A DNA stretch of 64,000 nt from positions 116,498,001 to 116,562,000 of the forward strand of contig OX597816.1 of NCBI GenBank assembly GCA_951406725.2, given 5' to 3'. The stretch comes from Octopus vulgaris (Eukaryota). Positions within the stretch are counted from its first letter, which is position 1; every line of letters starts with the position of its first letter. Positions 14,782-28,590 of this stretch are shown here, one piece after another. Made by a program: the position numbers and the translations under genes. The notes under the pieces are model-generated. The model was given only the letters and a program-made list of their open reading frames with translations. It ran no database searches and had not been told where the DNA came from.

Positions 14782-14975
14782 GGAGTAAACACATAAAATG
14801 TGAGACAAGGTGAAAAAAGAGTACTCAAATACCAGTGGTAGAGTAATATGCTTTATTCAAAGCATAGATTCTAGCAAAAACTGTTTTTACAGATTCTAGC
14901 AAAAACTGTCCGACGAACGGCAACGGGAAACTCAGAGTAACAGGTTTTGTTGAATTTTCTGCTGCTTTGAATAAA

Positions 14976-14979
<4 letters not shown>
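14780..14979 (+). mobile_element. Penelope pLTR/retrozyme-like module in (TA)n carrying a type I hammerhead at 14898-14951
   Basis: agcaaaaactgt CCGACGA acg-gcaa-cgg GAAA ctcagag TA acaggttttgtt: 11 of 12 helix I pairs form (one G-U). Inverted repeat ctttattcaaagca / tgctttgaataaag; (TA)n on both sides. Confidence 0.7.
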
Positions 14980-15014
<35 letters not shown>

Positions 15015-15017
<3 letters not shown>

Positions 15018-15145
15018 TTCTGTAGAAGAGCGTAGGTTCGAAACGTAAAAGACTTTTTTCTATTCCTGAGCGCTATACTAATACATCTGTTTGTTTGTAC
15101 ACCACCTGCCTTCGTCTTTTGTTTATTTTCATAAACTTTCTCTTT
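15015..15145 (+). mobile_element. Penelope pLTR-like fragment with minimal hammerhead motif at 15015-15052
   Basis: tcttt CTGTAGA a gagc-gtag-gttc GAAA cg TA aaaga; related to 20022-20229 (shared a-gagc..GAAACGT and downstream ctgagcg). Confidence 0.6.
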
Positions 15146-16158
15146 ATATACACACATACATGCATGTGTACATACACATAGACGTAGTACATACATACAT
15201 ATACATACTTTTCCATTTATTATACCCAGTAAACAAATAGAAGCAGAGACATGGAATGAACAGACGGAGGAACATTCAGACACAAAACTCTTCTAGAAAT
15301 AGCAATTCTCGTCGTGTCATCTTAAAAAAAAATTTAAGACATATTTGATGCCTGAATATAAGCTGAGGATGGTCACGTCTCGAACATTTTGATCATACAT
15401 GCGTCTGCTAATTTAGATCTGACCTGGAGCTAAACAGCAGCGACAACAAAACAACAGTTTCATTATTTGAATATACGATTTAACGTGGTCCAGCCTCTTG
15501 ATTTGATTTATTTTTATAATCTTAACCGTTCATGTATAGTTTCTTACTACGTACGTGTATGTATGTATGTATGTATGTATGTATGTATGTATGTATGTAT
15601 ATGTATATGTACTGATTTGTATGTTTTCTGTTATGTATGCATTCTCATGCATATACTTGTATATCTAGACATGTTCGTGTATGATTAAATGATAAACTTC
15701 TGGAAAGTTTTACAGATTTTCACAGTTCCAGTGATGGCGTTAATCTGTAGTCTTCGAATCAGCTTTCCCCTTTCTGGCTGTGAGAAACTTAACTTCTCAA
15801 GATTAGGCAGTACCCCCCCACACACACACACACGCACACACACACCCCCCAAAAAAATTACTGGTATAAGCCTAAATTTTTATGTATGTATGTATATGTG
15901 CAGATTTGTATGTTTTGCTCTATGTATGTATTCTCATGCATATAGTTGCATATCTAGACATGCTCATATATATTTAAATTCTAAACTTCTGGAAATGTAA
16001 GTATGTCTGTGTGTGTATATGTGTGTGTGTGTATGTACTTGTAATTTTTGGACTAATGGGTATATGTTATTTAGTGTGTTGAGTAAAGCACGTTCACAGT
16101 TTGGGCTCCTTCAGGAATTCCGCAGGGTTAGCTGAGACAATAATAATCGCTGGACACC

Positions 16159-16216
16159 GTTGTATCCACAAATGGGGCTAGCTACAGCTGTAGCTAGCCC
16201 CATTTGTGGATACAAC
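16159..16216. repeat. Perfect 58-bp palindrome without spacer
   Basis: gttgtatccacaaatggggctagctacag|ctgtagctagccccatttgtggatacaac. Confidence 0.97.
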
Positions 16217-16430
16217 TGGCAAAAAGCAACATAACTGCCTGAACTCAATATATTTAGCGGGACACCACTTTATGTGTGCATGTACTGGGTATGACCCTGA
16301 CCGCACTGATCGATGCAGCACAATTGAATGTACAATATCCCGCCCATGAAGGACAGTCGCAAGAGGGGTCGAAACGATAGTCGCACTGAATAAAGGCTAA
16401 TGTCAAATACATCTTCCGCTTCATTCAGCG

Positions 16431-16540
<110 letters not shown>

Positions 16541-16545
16541 TATTA

Positions 16546-16670
16546 AAGGCGGCGAGCTGGCAGAATCGTTAGCACGCTGGGCAAAATACTTAGCAGCATT
16601 TCGTCCCGTCTTTACATTCTGAGTTCGAATTCCGTTGAGGTCTACTTTACCTTTCGTCTTTCCGGGGTGA
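16546..16670 (+). mobile_element. Main-family SINE, 5' part
   Basis: Head aaggcggcgagctggcagaatcgttagc and B-box gagttcgaattcc; preceded by (ATC)/(ATT). Confidence 0.85.
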
Positions 16671-16899
16671 AGACTTTTTTTTGAGGACATTTGAAAAAAG
16701 CAGTAGTTGGAAAAATTCGTTCTTGTGGTATTTCTTTCTGACAATAAATGGCCCGTATATAACCACAACTTTTTTTTTATATATATATATTACATTCTAT
16801 ACCTAGGCATATTGTAATTGTGTTTCTGAAATCTTTCTTCTAGAATGTTCGCTTTGAAAGACATAACCTGTAGCTGTTAATACGTCGTGTCATGCATTT

Positions 16900-18950
16900 A
16901 TCAGATTATCAATTCCACCGAGGCCTTCAAACTAGTTCTACGTTCCTCTTTATAACATACTCTAAATAAAACTGATTACTTTTGCACTAACTACGCGGAA
17001 AAAGATTTTAAATTCCCAGTGAACTATAATCTCATATAGACTTCCATTTCTATCTCTGTTCCCACTCTTCCTTTATATTGACGCCCACCATGAGGAAAAT
17101 AAATGAAAGTAACATGTCCTTTTTGCCATGAATAGATAAAGATCTTTTTCTAAGTCAAAAGGTGGAAGGCTTTATCCAGTAACTCCCGGTTGAAAACCAT
17201 CGCTATTTTAGTGCTTGGATGAATATAGCGGAAAACACTATTTAAGCATTCGTGATAGGATCCGGTTTCGTTTTTCTCCTTGCATCTGATAGGCGTTTGA
17301 CCGATCAAATGCTGATGCCTACAGAGCGAGCTTATTTCTAACCAACATACCCTATACTCGCATTACAACTACTTGAAATACTTTTTTGAAATTATACTTC
17401 TAATCGCTAACCTACAAATCTTTCAGATAAACGGTTGTTCAAAGGACTCTCAGAAAGCTTTGGATAGCTTTTCTGGAATACCCAGATGGTATGTACTCTC
17501 TTTCACTTACTGAAGTATATCTAATACTCTTAGAAAAACTCAACTCTATAGAATATTCCTGATTTCCATTTCTCAACCAAGATGATTTAATAGATAATAC
17601 CCTCGTTGATAAAAACAGTATTTAATACCCGCTTCGTTTTCAAATCAACAATGGAAAATATTTCGGTTCTGATTAGTTTTTGACTCCTTTAAAGCTCATG
17701 TAAGACTCGCGTGTAAGTGCTGCTCACATACCAGGAACATTTCTGCTGTACAAGCATTCTAAACCACATCCAGAAGAAGACAATACCCTTGATAGCAAGT
17801 CTCATTGACCAACAGGTTACAAACACGAGTTGATGAAAGTGATCTTTCTCCATCCTCTTATGCAGCCTCTACATTTTAAATAAGTAGGTTGCGTACCATT
17901 TCAGCACCGGCCCATTCAACATGGATGCATCTCCTCATTCTGTTGTGTCTCTTTCGTAGTCTTTCGTTACCTTACACTAAATTCTTTCTCGTTCATTCCA
18001 CTCCAAATTACATCTCTCTAGAATTCATCCCCAATAACCACATTTTTTCATACAAGTGCCGATCCACTTACGTTCCAACTGAATATGAATTATATTAATT
18101 TGCTAAAATTTATAAAGGTTATAGGTATTAGGCATTCTCCTTCTATCACTTAATAAGAGAAAACCCTCTCACGTCATATAATAAAATAGAAACACTGAAA
18201 TGCTGATGAAGAAAAGCAGCAGAAAAGGTTAACTGCTCTTAAAAGAAATCTAATAAAGTGAACGCTAATATAACTTATGCTTGTTTAAGTAGAGTCCGTT
18301 AGGGAATTTCGACTTTGTAATTTGGAAATATCATCAGATAACACTCAGAAAAACCTTGTTGTAACAGAGAGTTTTATCTTGATATTTAAGACAGTTATAA
18401 GTCGTCTGATTAAAAGTGCATGTACTTTAGAAGGTAGAGAAATTGAATTATATTATGAAGTAAACAACTTTATCCGTTTAATGAAGATAACTATGAAATA
18501 ATATAGGCAAAATTCCTTGGAGGGATAACGAAAATAGTGGGTTACTGAAATGAATACGCTCTAAACAAGTTGATTTCGTGTAAGTATCATTTGAGGATAG
18601 AATGGAAACTTGTATCACTTGTTATGAGATTTAAGTCACCAGTTGGGGGTATTGAAACTGAGAGGAGATTGAATGAAATGAATGGTAAATATTTAATATG
18701 CCAATACAAATGTTTTCACAGCGGGGAAGGGAGTATTAGTCTATGTATTTTTTATATTTTATATTTCATGTAGCTTGTTGGATTATATATTTGCAGCGAG
18801 TCGAGGTTTGGGATACAATGGAAGTATGTTTCAAAAGTGAAAGACGGAAGGTTTTGAAAAATAAAACGACTGTATACAAAATTAATTTTGTTGATTGTAA
18901 GTTACCCAATTATTTTATGCAAAATAACGATTTAAATAATTATACAGAGT
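16900..18950 (-). pseudogene. Highly degraded Tx1/L1-type LINE ORF2 relic (boundaries approximate)
   Basis: Broken frames MLVRNKLAL, GQTPIRCKEKNET, LPPFD..FMAKR and YKGRVGTE run in the same order as ALPVRDKLY, GPTCPRCGQSDET, PPSF..AMAKE and LKRKVRVE of the 47.8-48.5 kb element. Confidence 0.6.
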
Positions 18951-20021
18951 GCAAAAACTTATCTTGTTCAACTGAAAAAACAAGAATGTAAAGAGTGAAA
19001 TATGTAAGGCGTTAGTTGGCATGATAAGACTACAAGTAAGGAGATTGTAAGGATCAACTGAATTATATAAATTGCTTTAGAGCTTAGAGATTTAGACTAT
19101 AGACACTATTTTTAACAATGTATCGTAAAAATCACTAATAAATTATACTTCATTAAGACAAACAAAAATTCAGAAAATCCCACTTAAAGTAAGATCAGCT
19201 GCTACTTACAGTACCAATAATTCATACCTTCATTTTGATACACTGATTCCATTTACAACATTGATTCTGTAATTTCCAAGATGTAATATCTTTGAGGTAG
19301 AGAAATTGGATTTCATCTTTGATCTTTAGACATTAAGCTGAGTTGCCTGCAAATCCTCCTAAGCATATAACCTAATAGTATATACAATACGTTTAATTCA
19401 AAACCGTTTCTTTATTGGTTTTCTCGTTTGTTGATGTACGTCGATATAAGATTCACACACACACACACAACAACAACAACAACAACAACAACACGGTCCG
19501 TCGTTGTCTATGGTTCTAAGAGAAAAAATACTTTAGAATATACTTGGACATCGAAATTCCCTAGTGATGAACATTTTTGTGATACGATTGCTGCTCTCCA
19601 AATATTTGTTGCTAAACTGGTATCAAGCAAAAACAAGCAAGATAACCAGACACTCCAAATACTGTATATTTAAAGTAAGTGATTTCCTCAATACGGATTT
19701 ACATACGCATATAAAGGCAAATAGTTCTCTGTACACCAGCCGATTAGTAAAGAGTTTAATATCAATTGATAAATTATTACCAAAAAAGAAACAGGATTTA
19801 CGTAATCCCTTTTGTTAGCTTTGGGGCTCTAAGTACGCATGCACACAGAGCTGATTGCGAGGGCGATAACATATAGCTAGCTCAGGACTGTTTGAACGGA
19901 GAAAACATATAAGCATATAATTGAGCACTCCCAGACACACTTATAATATAATACACTAAGTATATATATATATATATGTGTGTATGTATGTGTGAGTGTA
20001 TATATATATATATATATATAT

Positions 20022-20226
20022 AAGACCGCGTGTGTACCGTTGGCGATTTTTTTCCCTCCGTCTTCCCTTCTCTGAATCTTTCCTTTTCCTATGTTTCTGA
20101 CGAAGAGCTCCGCTCGAAACGTTAAATCCTCCTTCTTCCCTTCCTTTCTGAGCGTCCAATAATACTATATTTGTTCCACGTCATCGCGTTGTTGTCTTTT
20201 CTCTTTGTGTTTTCATGTTTGGATTA

Positions 20227-20229
<3 letters not shown>
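20022..20229 (+). mobile_element. Penelope pLTR-like fragment in (TA)n with minimal hammerhead motif at 20093-20127
   Basis: gttt CTGACGA a gagc-tcc-gctc GAAA cg TT aaat; canonical core; (TA)n on both sides. Confidence 0.65.
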
Positions 20230-20270
<41 letters not shown>

Positions 20271-20287
20271 CATATATAAAGACATGT

Positions 20288-20323
<36 letters not shown>

Positions 20324-20886
20324 ATTTTCCAGTAGTCTCTTTGAGGGAAATAGATCCAGTGGTATAAATTTTTAAAATACAGGCATGTTGAAAATAAAAA
20401 TCTATACTTCCTTTGTTTTCCTTGAATATAATTATGTTTCTGCGAGATACGAATATGTAATAACACTTGAACAGGTTTTCACATTATCAGTAGGATCATA
20501 ACGTAAGGTGATGTTTGAAATTATTTAATGTGATTGGCGTAAAAGCAAACACTAAATATTGTAAAGAAAGTCATATTGCGTTTTCCTTATTTCTACATTA
20601 CACCTAAGAAATGTTGGAATTGTTAGGGTCTGAATTTAAGCTAGAGCTAAGCTGAGTCGTCATTGCAAATCATTACACAGATATCTGAATGATCGCGAAA
20701 GGATGAATCTTAAGCGTCACTGGTTTCATATTAAAAGAACAAAGATATTTTCTACACTATGTACTGAACGCTTATTTCAACTTATAAACAACGTGCACAA
20801 ATATCTTCATTCTAGAATACATGCATGTGTGTATGTGTGTGTATATATGTGTGTGTTCATGTGTGTGTATCTATGTATATACATTC

Positions 20887-20933
<47 letters not shown>

Positions 20934-21629
20934 GTATACATATATATATGTATGTATGTGTATATATGTATATATATATATATACACACATACATATATA
21001 TATATATATATACATATATATGTACATATATATGCATATATACATACATATACCTTCAATAGTTTGCTATATGAATAATTACCTTAGACATTTCTACAAC
21101 ATTAAACACACAGTCCCCCAGGGAATGTAGCCAAATGCAATCTCCAGTAAAATGTCTTAGCAAAATATTTTCTTATAAGTGATCTTCACCTGCCACTAAC
21201 GGTTATTGCTTTCTCTCTGAACATGGACGCCGCATATTAACCCTGCATATTAACTTGGTTGTGGTGGTGCTGCTGGTAGAGTAACAAAATCGTTATGGCA
21301 CTTGACAAAATCCTCAGCAGTATCTAGTGCCGGCTCTCCTTAATTCAAATTCGTGCTTGGTCAATTTCATTTTTCTTCCATCAAGTCCCCAAAACATCGG
21401 GATCAATTTGGCGAGCTAGTTTACTCCTGCCAAATTTGCAGCTTTGTGCTTATGTTAAAGCAATTATTCTTATTGTTACTGTTGCTATTACTTTTATGTT
21501 CTTATTAACCAAGAGGATAATATCAGCAATATTTTCCACAATGGCTCCTTCATAGATCCAAAATCTTTATATAAAGATAAGTAACAAGATTTAAAAGACG
21601 CATGATTATGTACACACATAGTTCCGGCA

Positions 21630-21845
21630 TTGATTTCAAATTTTGGTACAAGGCCAACAATTTCCGTAGAGAGCAGGCCGATTAGATCGACCCAGTGTCC
21701 AGCTGGTATTTATTTCACTGACCCCGAAAGGGTGAAAGGCAAAAGTCGACCTCGGTGAAATTTGTACTCAGAACGTAAAGACGAACGAAATGCCACTAAG
21801 CATTTTTCCCGGCGTGCTGACTACTCTCCCAACTCTCTGCCTCAT
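21630..21845 (-). mobile_element. Main-family SINE
   Basis: Tail, core and head motifs all present. Confidence 0.8.
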
Positions 21846-22169
21846 TAAGGTAAGAAATATTGGTAAATACACTATATAAATGAAGTGAATATAAATATAT
21901 ATATATCTATCTTATGACCCATATACATATGAAATTTGGCTATACGTGGGTATGTTTTCACGCTCTTATTTGTTACCATAATGATAGGGCCAACACAAAT
22001 GCCGCATCTTCGTATTTTTCCGAACCAAATTTTAAATATCTACATTTTATTATATGATGTAATCAGTTTATTCATCAATAAAACACACGCGACTGAAACA
22101 GCTGTAGACAACATTAACCAATCTGTGTTCTTTCTTTAAATAAATAAATACACACACACACAGACGCGC

Positions 22170-22206
<37 letters not shown>

Positions 22207-22207
<1 letters not shown>

Positions 22208-22404
22208 CAAATGGAAGACAGAAGATGGAATATACGAGAATATATTATTAATCACAACAATTGTTTCGACACATCTAGCATCGACTCCTCTTGTGGCACA
22301 CACAAAATCTGGTTCAGGACTATCTGGTGGCGCAGCCGTATCTCCTCGGGTGATAAATAAATAAAAAATCTCGTTAAAATGACTGTTCCATAATGCAACT
22401 TTCC

Positions 22405-22406
<2 letters not shown>
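22207..22406 (-). mobile_element. (TA)n-flanked module with type I hammerhead at 22245-22360 and a large helix II insert
   Basis: Minus strand: ttatttatcac CCGAGGA gatac..(~70 nt)..gtgtc GAAAC aatt GTT gtgattaataa. Helix I has 10 of 11 pairs; helix III is palindromic ACAATTGT. Confidence 0.7.
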
Positions 22407-22450
<44 letters not shown>

Positions 22451-23097
22451 GAAATAATTCTTTTTGGGGACGGCTTAATTCGATGCAGACAAAACTATAA
22501 ATAATAGCATGTAAATATTGGGTTAAAACCCTTTAGAAAAATTCGAAGATAACCCTTGGGATCTGAATCTACATCTCCGCTAAGCATGACAACAGTCCCA
22601 GCAAAGGACTTAAGCAATCTTTCGAATTTTTCTATTCATTTTACAAACACCATGCTTTCTCAGCGAGAATTGTTGCTGCTGACATGTTAAGAATTTAGAA
22701 ACGTGGAGTGGATATGAGATAATCCTCTTTTTTTCCTTTTGGAATGGTTGAACTCGAAGTAAGTAAAGCTATAAATATTGGGTATTGGGTTAAGAATACT
22801 TTGAATAGAAAATCTAAGGCTGCTCTTATCTGTGTGTAAGTGTGTGTGTGTATATGTATGTGTGAGTGTGTGTGTGTGTATGTATATGAATATATGTATA
22901 CATATATAAGCATACATATATAGGTAGATGTATAATATGCATAGATATAGATAGATGTAGAACTAGTTATATATACTGGGTATGTATATATATATATATA
23001 TATATATACATATATACGTATTTATGCCCATGTATACACGTGTATTTATATATATACATATTTATGCCTATACATATACCTGTATTTATGTATATGC

Positions 23098-23191
<94 letters not shown>

Positions 23192-23973
23192 TAGATATAT
23201 ACACACTCACAAACACATACACAGGAAGGAGGGAGAGATTGAGAGAAAAATGGATAAATCTGACTGAATTTATAATGTGTTTTTTCGTTAAATAATATAT
23301 TATTATCCTAGAAATAACTATAACTCAAACAAACAAGCAGCATACATATACAGGGACATAACAACACAACACATATCCGCTTATGATAACATAAACACAC
23401 ACACATTTTCGAGGCAAGCAAACTAACAGACAATCAAACAAACAAACTATTTGTAAATATCAATTGATTGGCTGAGTAAAATGAACAATAAAAATGGCGA
23501 AATGAAGACCAGAATTTGAAATAATAATATAAAAATCTGGAAGAGTAGTAGTGTTAGAAACTAAGCAAGGCAGATTGTTATGACGAAAATTTAAAGATTT
23601 ATATACAGATATAAAAACAATAGCACAACAGTAATGATGACAACACAACAAGTACAGCAACAACAAAAATGACAGCAATAATAATGATAAACATAATTAA
23701 AATATATGGAAGACTTTTAAATTATTCTCAGGTATTTTGCCTGAATTTTTGCTTGTCATCTATTGCTTTACAATTAAAACTGGTCCCTATAATGACAGGG
23801 TCTTTACTACATAACCATAGAATAAATAAAAAAATTATACATATAATAAAAATGTATATATATACATATAAACGTGAAAAAAAATATTCCCACTAGTTGG
23901 ATGACTGACAGCTATATTTGCTCAGCTAATTTAGAAACTTTCGATTAGTTTTAGTAAAAGAACTTTTTTCTAA

Positions 23974-24064
<91 letters not shown>

Positions 24065-25149
24065 TTTAAAACAAATATGTTGATATAGACATCTTCAAAT
24101 CTCTTGATGAAATGACATATGTAAAATTCCTTACACAATTGGATGTTTTTTAAAATATATATTTATAGTTTCTAAAGTTTTTAAAAAATTTTATAACAAT
24201 TTTATTTCCATGATATTATTTAAAACTGAAATTGTTATTCGGAATTTCATTTGTAAAATTTATTGAAATGTTCTTTTGTCATTAATTTGTTGTTATTATC
24301 AGTTTATTTTATTTACTTATTTTTACTACTGGTTTTATTCTATGAAATTTTTCTTCGCAATCTTCATAGGGAGATAAATGTTTCTCTAAATATTATGACA
24401 AGAACATAGATAGAATTGGTAAATGAAATGAAGGAATATGTTTTCGTTCTTTTTACTTCAACATGCTAACTAATAATAGTGTCTGCTGGTTCAACTCTTA
24501 CCATACTGTAAAAGTATGTTTTTGCTAATATTTATCATAGAAAGTTTTGCTAATCGTTTACTTTCCAAAAATGAATTATTTTGTTTCATTAAGTTAAAAC
24601 AAGAAGTTCTTTCAATTCAAACATCTTTACATATTTTTTTGTGTCTGAACTTTACTAAAGTCATTCTTCAAGGCGCTTACTCATAGTGTTCAGGTTTTTA
24701 GTACCTTAACCCTTTGTCTTGATTAATTTTCTAAATAAAACCATTATTAATGTGTTTCAGTTAATTTTGAGAATAATCAAGAATTTTGAGAGAATTAGTT
24801 AACTTATAACTTTGTCCTTGTTAAGCTGTTGTATGAAACAATAAAATGTTCTTTCCATAAACTATGAGAGACTAATTCAAACAGGGTCAGTTTAAAATGG
24901 AAAGGATTTGTATTATAGCATTTTATAAGATTGACAGAAGCACATGCTGTGACTTTAAGACGGATTATCCAAGATCTGTAGGATGCGTGACTTAGTGACT
25001 AGGGTGTTTCACTCACGGTCGCGAGATCGTGGTTTCAATTCCTGGAATGAGAGGTGCGTTGAATTCTTGACACGTTGCTCTACGATCACTTCAACACATG
25101 ACGTGTGGTACACCAGGCCTGCAAACGGTAAGTAAAAAACGCTATTATT

Positions 25150-26450
25150 GTAAGAAGTTATTAGAATGTAGGACTATCAATCACAAATGTATATCAAATT
25201 TAGAAGGAGTATATCACAGTATGAAAGGCCGTAAAACGCTCTCCCTAGAGATATTTTCGAAAGAGTTCTGGTATGTAAACAAAGGACACAACTGTGATGC
25301 AACGTGATGCAATTATACTCGTCGCTTTTCGAGATACATATATCCACTGCTTTTACCAAACAAAACATTGTGACTGATAAGACGTTTGTATTTTTCCTTC
25401 CCTCATGGAACATACTAGGGTTACAATGTCTTGTCAAAGTTCCAAATACTAAAGTCGATACCATTAAGTAACTAATAACAACGTGGTTCACAAAGCTATC
25501 AATAAGAACCGAAGCAACTAACAGAATTATGTTATCGACAGGATTATTCGAGGATGATGTCTTCTCTGTATTGCTTCTCTTTCTGCCAGTGAACACTTTA
25601 TCAACTCTGTTAAAGAAGTGCATAAGTCAACATGACAGGGTCTGCAATGGAGATTTATTTCGTCCACACCTTTTTTATTGATGACTTTACGCTGTAACCA
25701 ACAAACATTGATGATGTCAAGACATAGAACTGATCACATCAGTCTCTCAGTATATAGGAATGAAGTTTGGTCAGAATAAGCGTCCACATGTAGTAGACAG
25801 TTGCGTAAAGACTGGTGACCAAACAAGGAATACGAGCAGAATGACCTGACTATCTTCCTTGTTGCTTACGATATATATTACATGTAGCTCGAAATCGACG
25901 AGAATATTGCATATTATAGTTCTGTGCGTAAAGCTAGGGTGACAACAGAATACTCCAGCACACTTTGGAAGGTATGGAAGTCAGAGATGTATGCATTCAA
26001 TAAGAACATCTGCTACAATGTTTCGTAATGCCAGTGTAAGTAATTGGGATGTTAGCCTTGAAGAGGTTTGAAACTTGAACATCAAAACCAAAAATATGTT
26101 AAAATTTCTGGTAATTCTCACATCAATAGCGACACTGATCGGATCTATGATAAATGGAGGTTGGAGGCAGATGGCATTTGAGTGTCGCATCGTATCAGTA
26201 AAGAGAGGAGGAATACAAAACATGTATGGCAGGAACAGTAGCTTCACCAGGATCTATGATAGATAAATTACACCCTACCTTGAAAGAGCTACTAAAACAT
26301 TAATCAAGAGAAAGATAAGTGTGTCTCTAAACACTTACTCTAAAATAGAAAATGTCAAGTATGCCATACCCGTGTGCAAGACATCATCTTCTTCACCAAC
26401 TGCCCAGAAATATCTGCAAGGTGCTACCTTCGCATGAGACATGGTATTAT
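25150..26450 (+). pseudogene. Highly degraded RTE-like LINE reverse transcriptase relic
   Basis: Broken frames resembling RT motifs in the expected order: STGLFEDDVFSVLL (~TGV.QGD.LSP.LF), DDFTL (~ADD.AL), IGMKFGQNK and LWKVWKS. Confidence 0.45.
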
Positions 26451-27366
26451 TTTAAAACCATTTAAAGTAGCTAGTTGGCAGAACCATTAACAAAATGCTT
26501 AGCGGTATTTTGTCTGGCCTCCTCCCCAAATTCCAGGCTTTGTGTCTTTAGCAAAAATGTTTATTTCTAAACCATTTATAAAACTATCCACAGGAAGGAT
26601 TGGTCTATCGGCTATACCAAAGGCGTATCAGAAAGAGAATCCATCCACAACTTTAAAAATAAAGAATACTGATGCAATATTTCAATGTAATTGTCAACCC
26701 AATTTAAACACAATAGGTCTGATATTGTTCTATGAAACAGGGAGCAAAACTCATACATTTTTGTAGAAATCAGCGCCCTGACAAGTGTGAAGGTCTCAAC
26801 AAAAATTGGGACAATGGAAACATCTGTGGAGGGATAATGAGAAACTTACAGTTTTTATATCCAGGCTATAAATTTTCATTTATATTACCGGTGCACTGTT
26901 CGGTGTAATTACAGATTTTCATAAATTTCTAGTAATTCAGGTTTCTCCAAGATTGAATAAAACAAACTGATTTACATCTTCAAAATGCAATCCATTTTGG
27001 GAAAATAAAAATGCATAAAATATTCTAGGTATTCTCCATTTGAATTTCCTGGGCTAACTGCATGCACACAATTAGTTGTGCATAAGATGTTCACATACAG
27101 CACCCCCACCACACATACACACACACACAAACAGTAATAAAGGAAACTTGTTTGAGTACTAAAGTAATTCTCACTTCCATGATATGAGTGGTGGTTTATA
27201 TTAACATACAACACTATGTATGCACACACTGACACATTCACATACCCATAAACTTCAAGAGACATCTCAGTTTAAAAGAGCCCAGCCAGTTTGTTAGCAG
27301 CTACCTTCAATTTTTCAAAGAAAAAAAACCCTGGATAATTCTAAAGAAATACACACCCAAATTTAC

Positions 27367-27502
<136 letters not shown>

Positions 27503-28498
27503 TGATAAACAATTTCCTTTTAAAAAAAGAAAATAATTGTTGAAACAAGAAATAATATCAGTGTGAAAGTTACTTGAAATCCTGAGTGAAAACACTAAAA
27601 GATATTCAAACTGTTAGCAAACAGTTACAAACCTGTTTGTCTGTTACTTTTTCATATGTGAATAAATTGTGCAAATTCTTTGTTGAGATTTTTTTTGCGA
27701 AAGAGGTATAAAAACCATTTAATCAATTCACTAAAATACCTCTTTATTTTCACTCTAATCTTCAATCTTTTAACGATTTATTCAACAGAGAATAAGATAA
27801 AAACTATCCAGTTCATCAAAATTCAAAATCTATTAGCAAATATAATGATGATAACAATGATATTTCAGTTCTTTGTGCTTATATTAGTGTGTTTAAATGT
27901 ATGAATGTCTCTTCATATGTATGTATGTTTGTGTGTCAAGCTGTTGCTTTTCACTATTTTCATTACAATTTCTACCCATCCAAGTTTGTAGAGATTCACC
28001 AAAAAGCAGAGGGTGGGGGCGAGGTAATGTTACTTTTTGTTTTTTTTTATTTATTTTTTTTACTTTTTTATTCAATCCGTGTGTATTGTAGGGACATAAG
28101 GCAGTTAACTACCGGAATGTAGATGATTTAAAGATTACCAAATATTAAAAGTCTGACTCACACAGTGGATGTGATTATCAGTGTCATTGAGCATAGATTT
28201 GTGTCAATGAACCAAATGTTTCAATATTTTCATTCTAGAATATAAAAAATAATGAATTTCTATTTTATGTGTGCCATCCGTTGATTCAAATTAATATACG
28301 TATATATGTTTGTTTGTTTTTTCTGGATATTTATTGCCATGTATATAATATACACTTACACGTTATATAATGTAGGACCTAATGTCACGGCATTTAGAAA
28401 TGTATACTTTTTTAAGCCTATCATACGGTACATACAAAATACGCTTTCATATATATTTTAGTTACATTTTTAAAAAATTTTCTTTAGATTTTATAATC

Positions 28499-28540
<42 letters not shown>

Positions 28541-28545
28541 CATCA

Positions 28546-28580
<35 letters not shown>

Positions 28581-28590
28581 TACTATTATT

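Noticed and set aside
16275-16392. Hammerhead-like relic (gaccc..ggggtc GAAAC gata GTC gcac)
   Set aside because: The core reads CTGGGTA and the helix I register is ambiguous; too degenerate to call.
18300-18345. Minus-strand CTGATGA...GAAA
   Set aside because: No helix I or II pairing, and it lies within a LINE relic; a chance match.
22534-22634. 14-bp inverted repeat tagaaaaattcgaa / ttcgaatttttcta
   Set aside because: Short and AT-rich, with no clear TSD or second copy; cannot be assigned.
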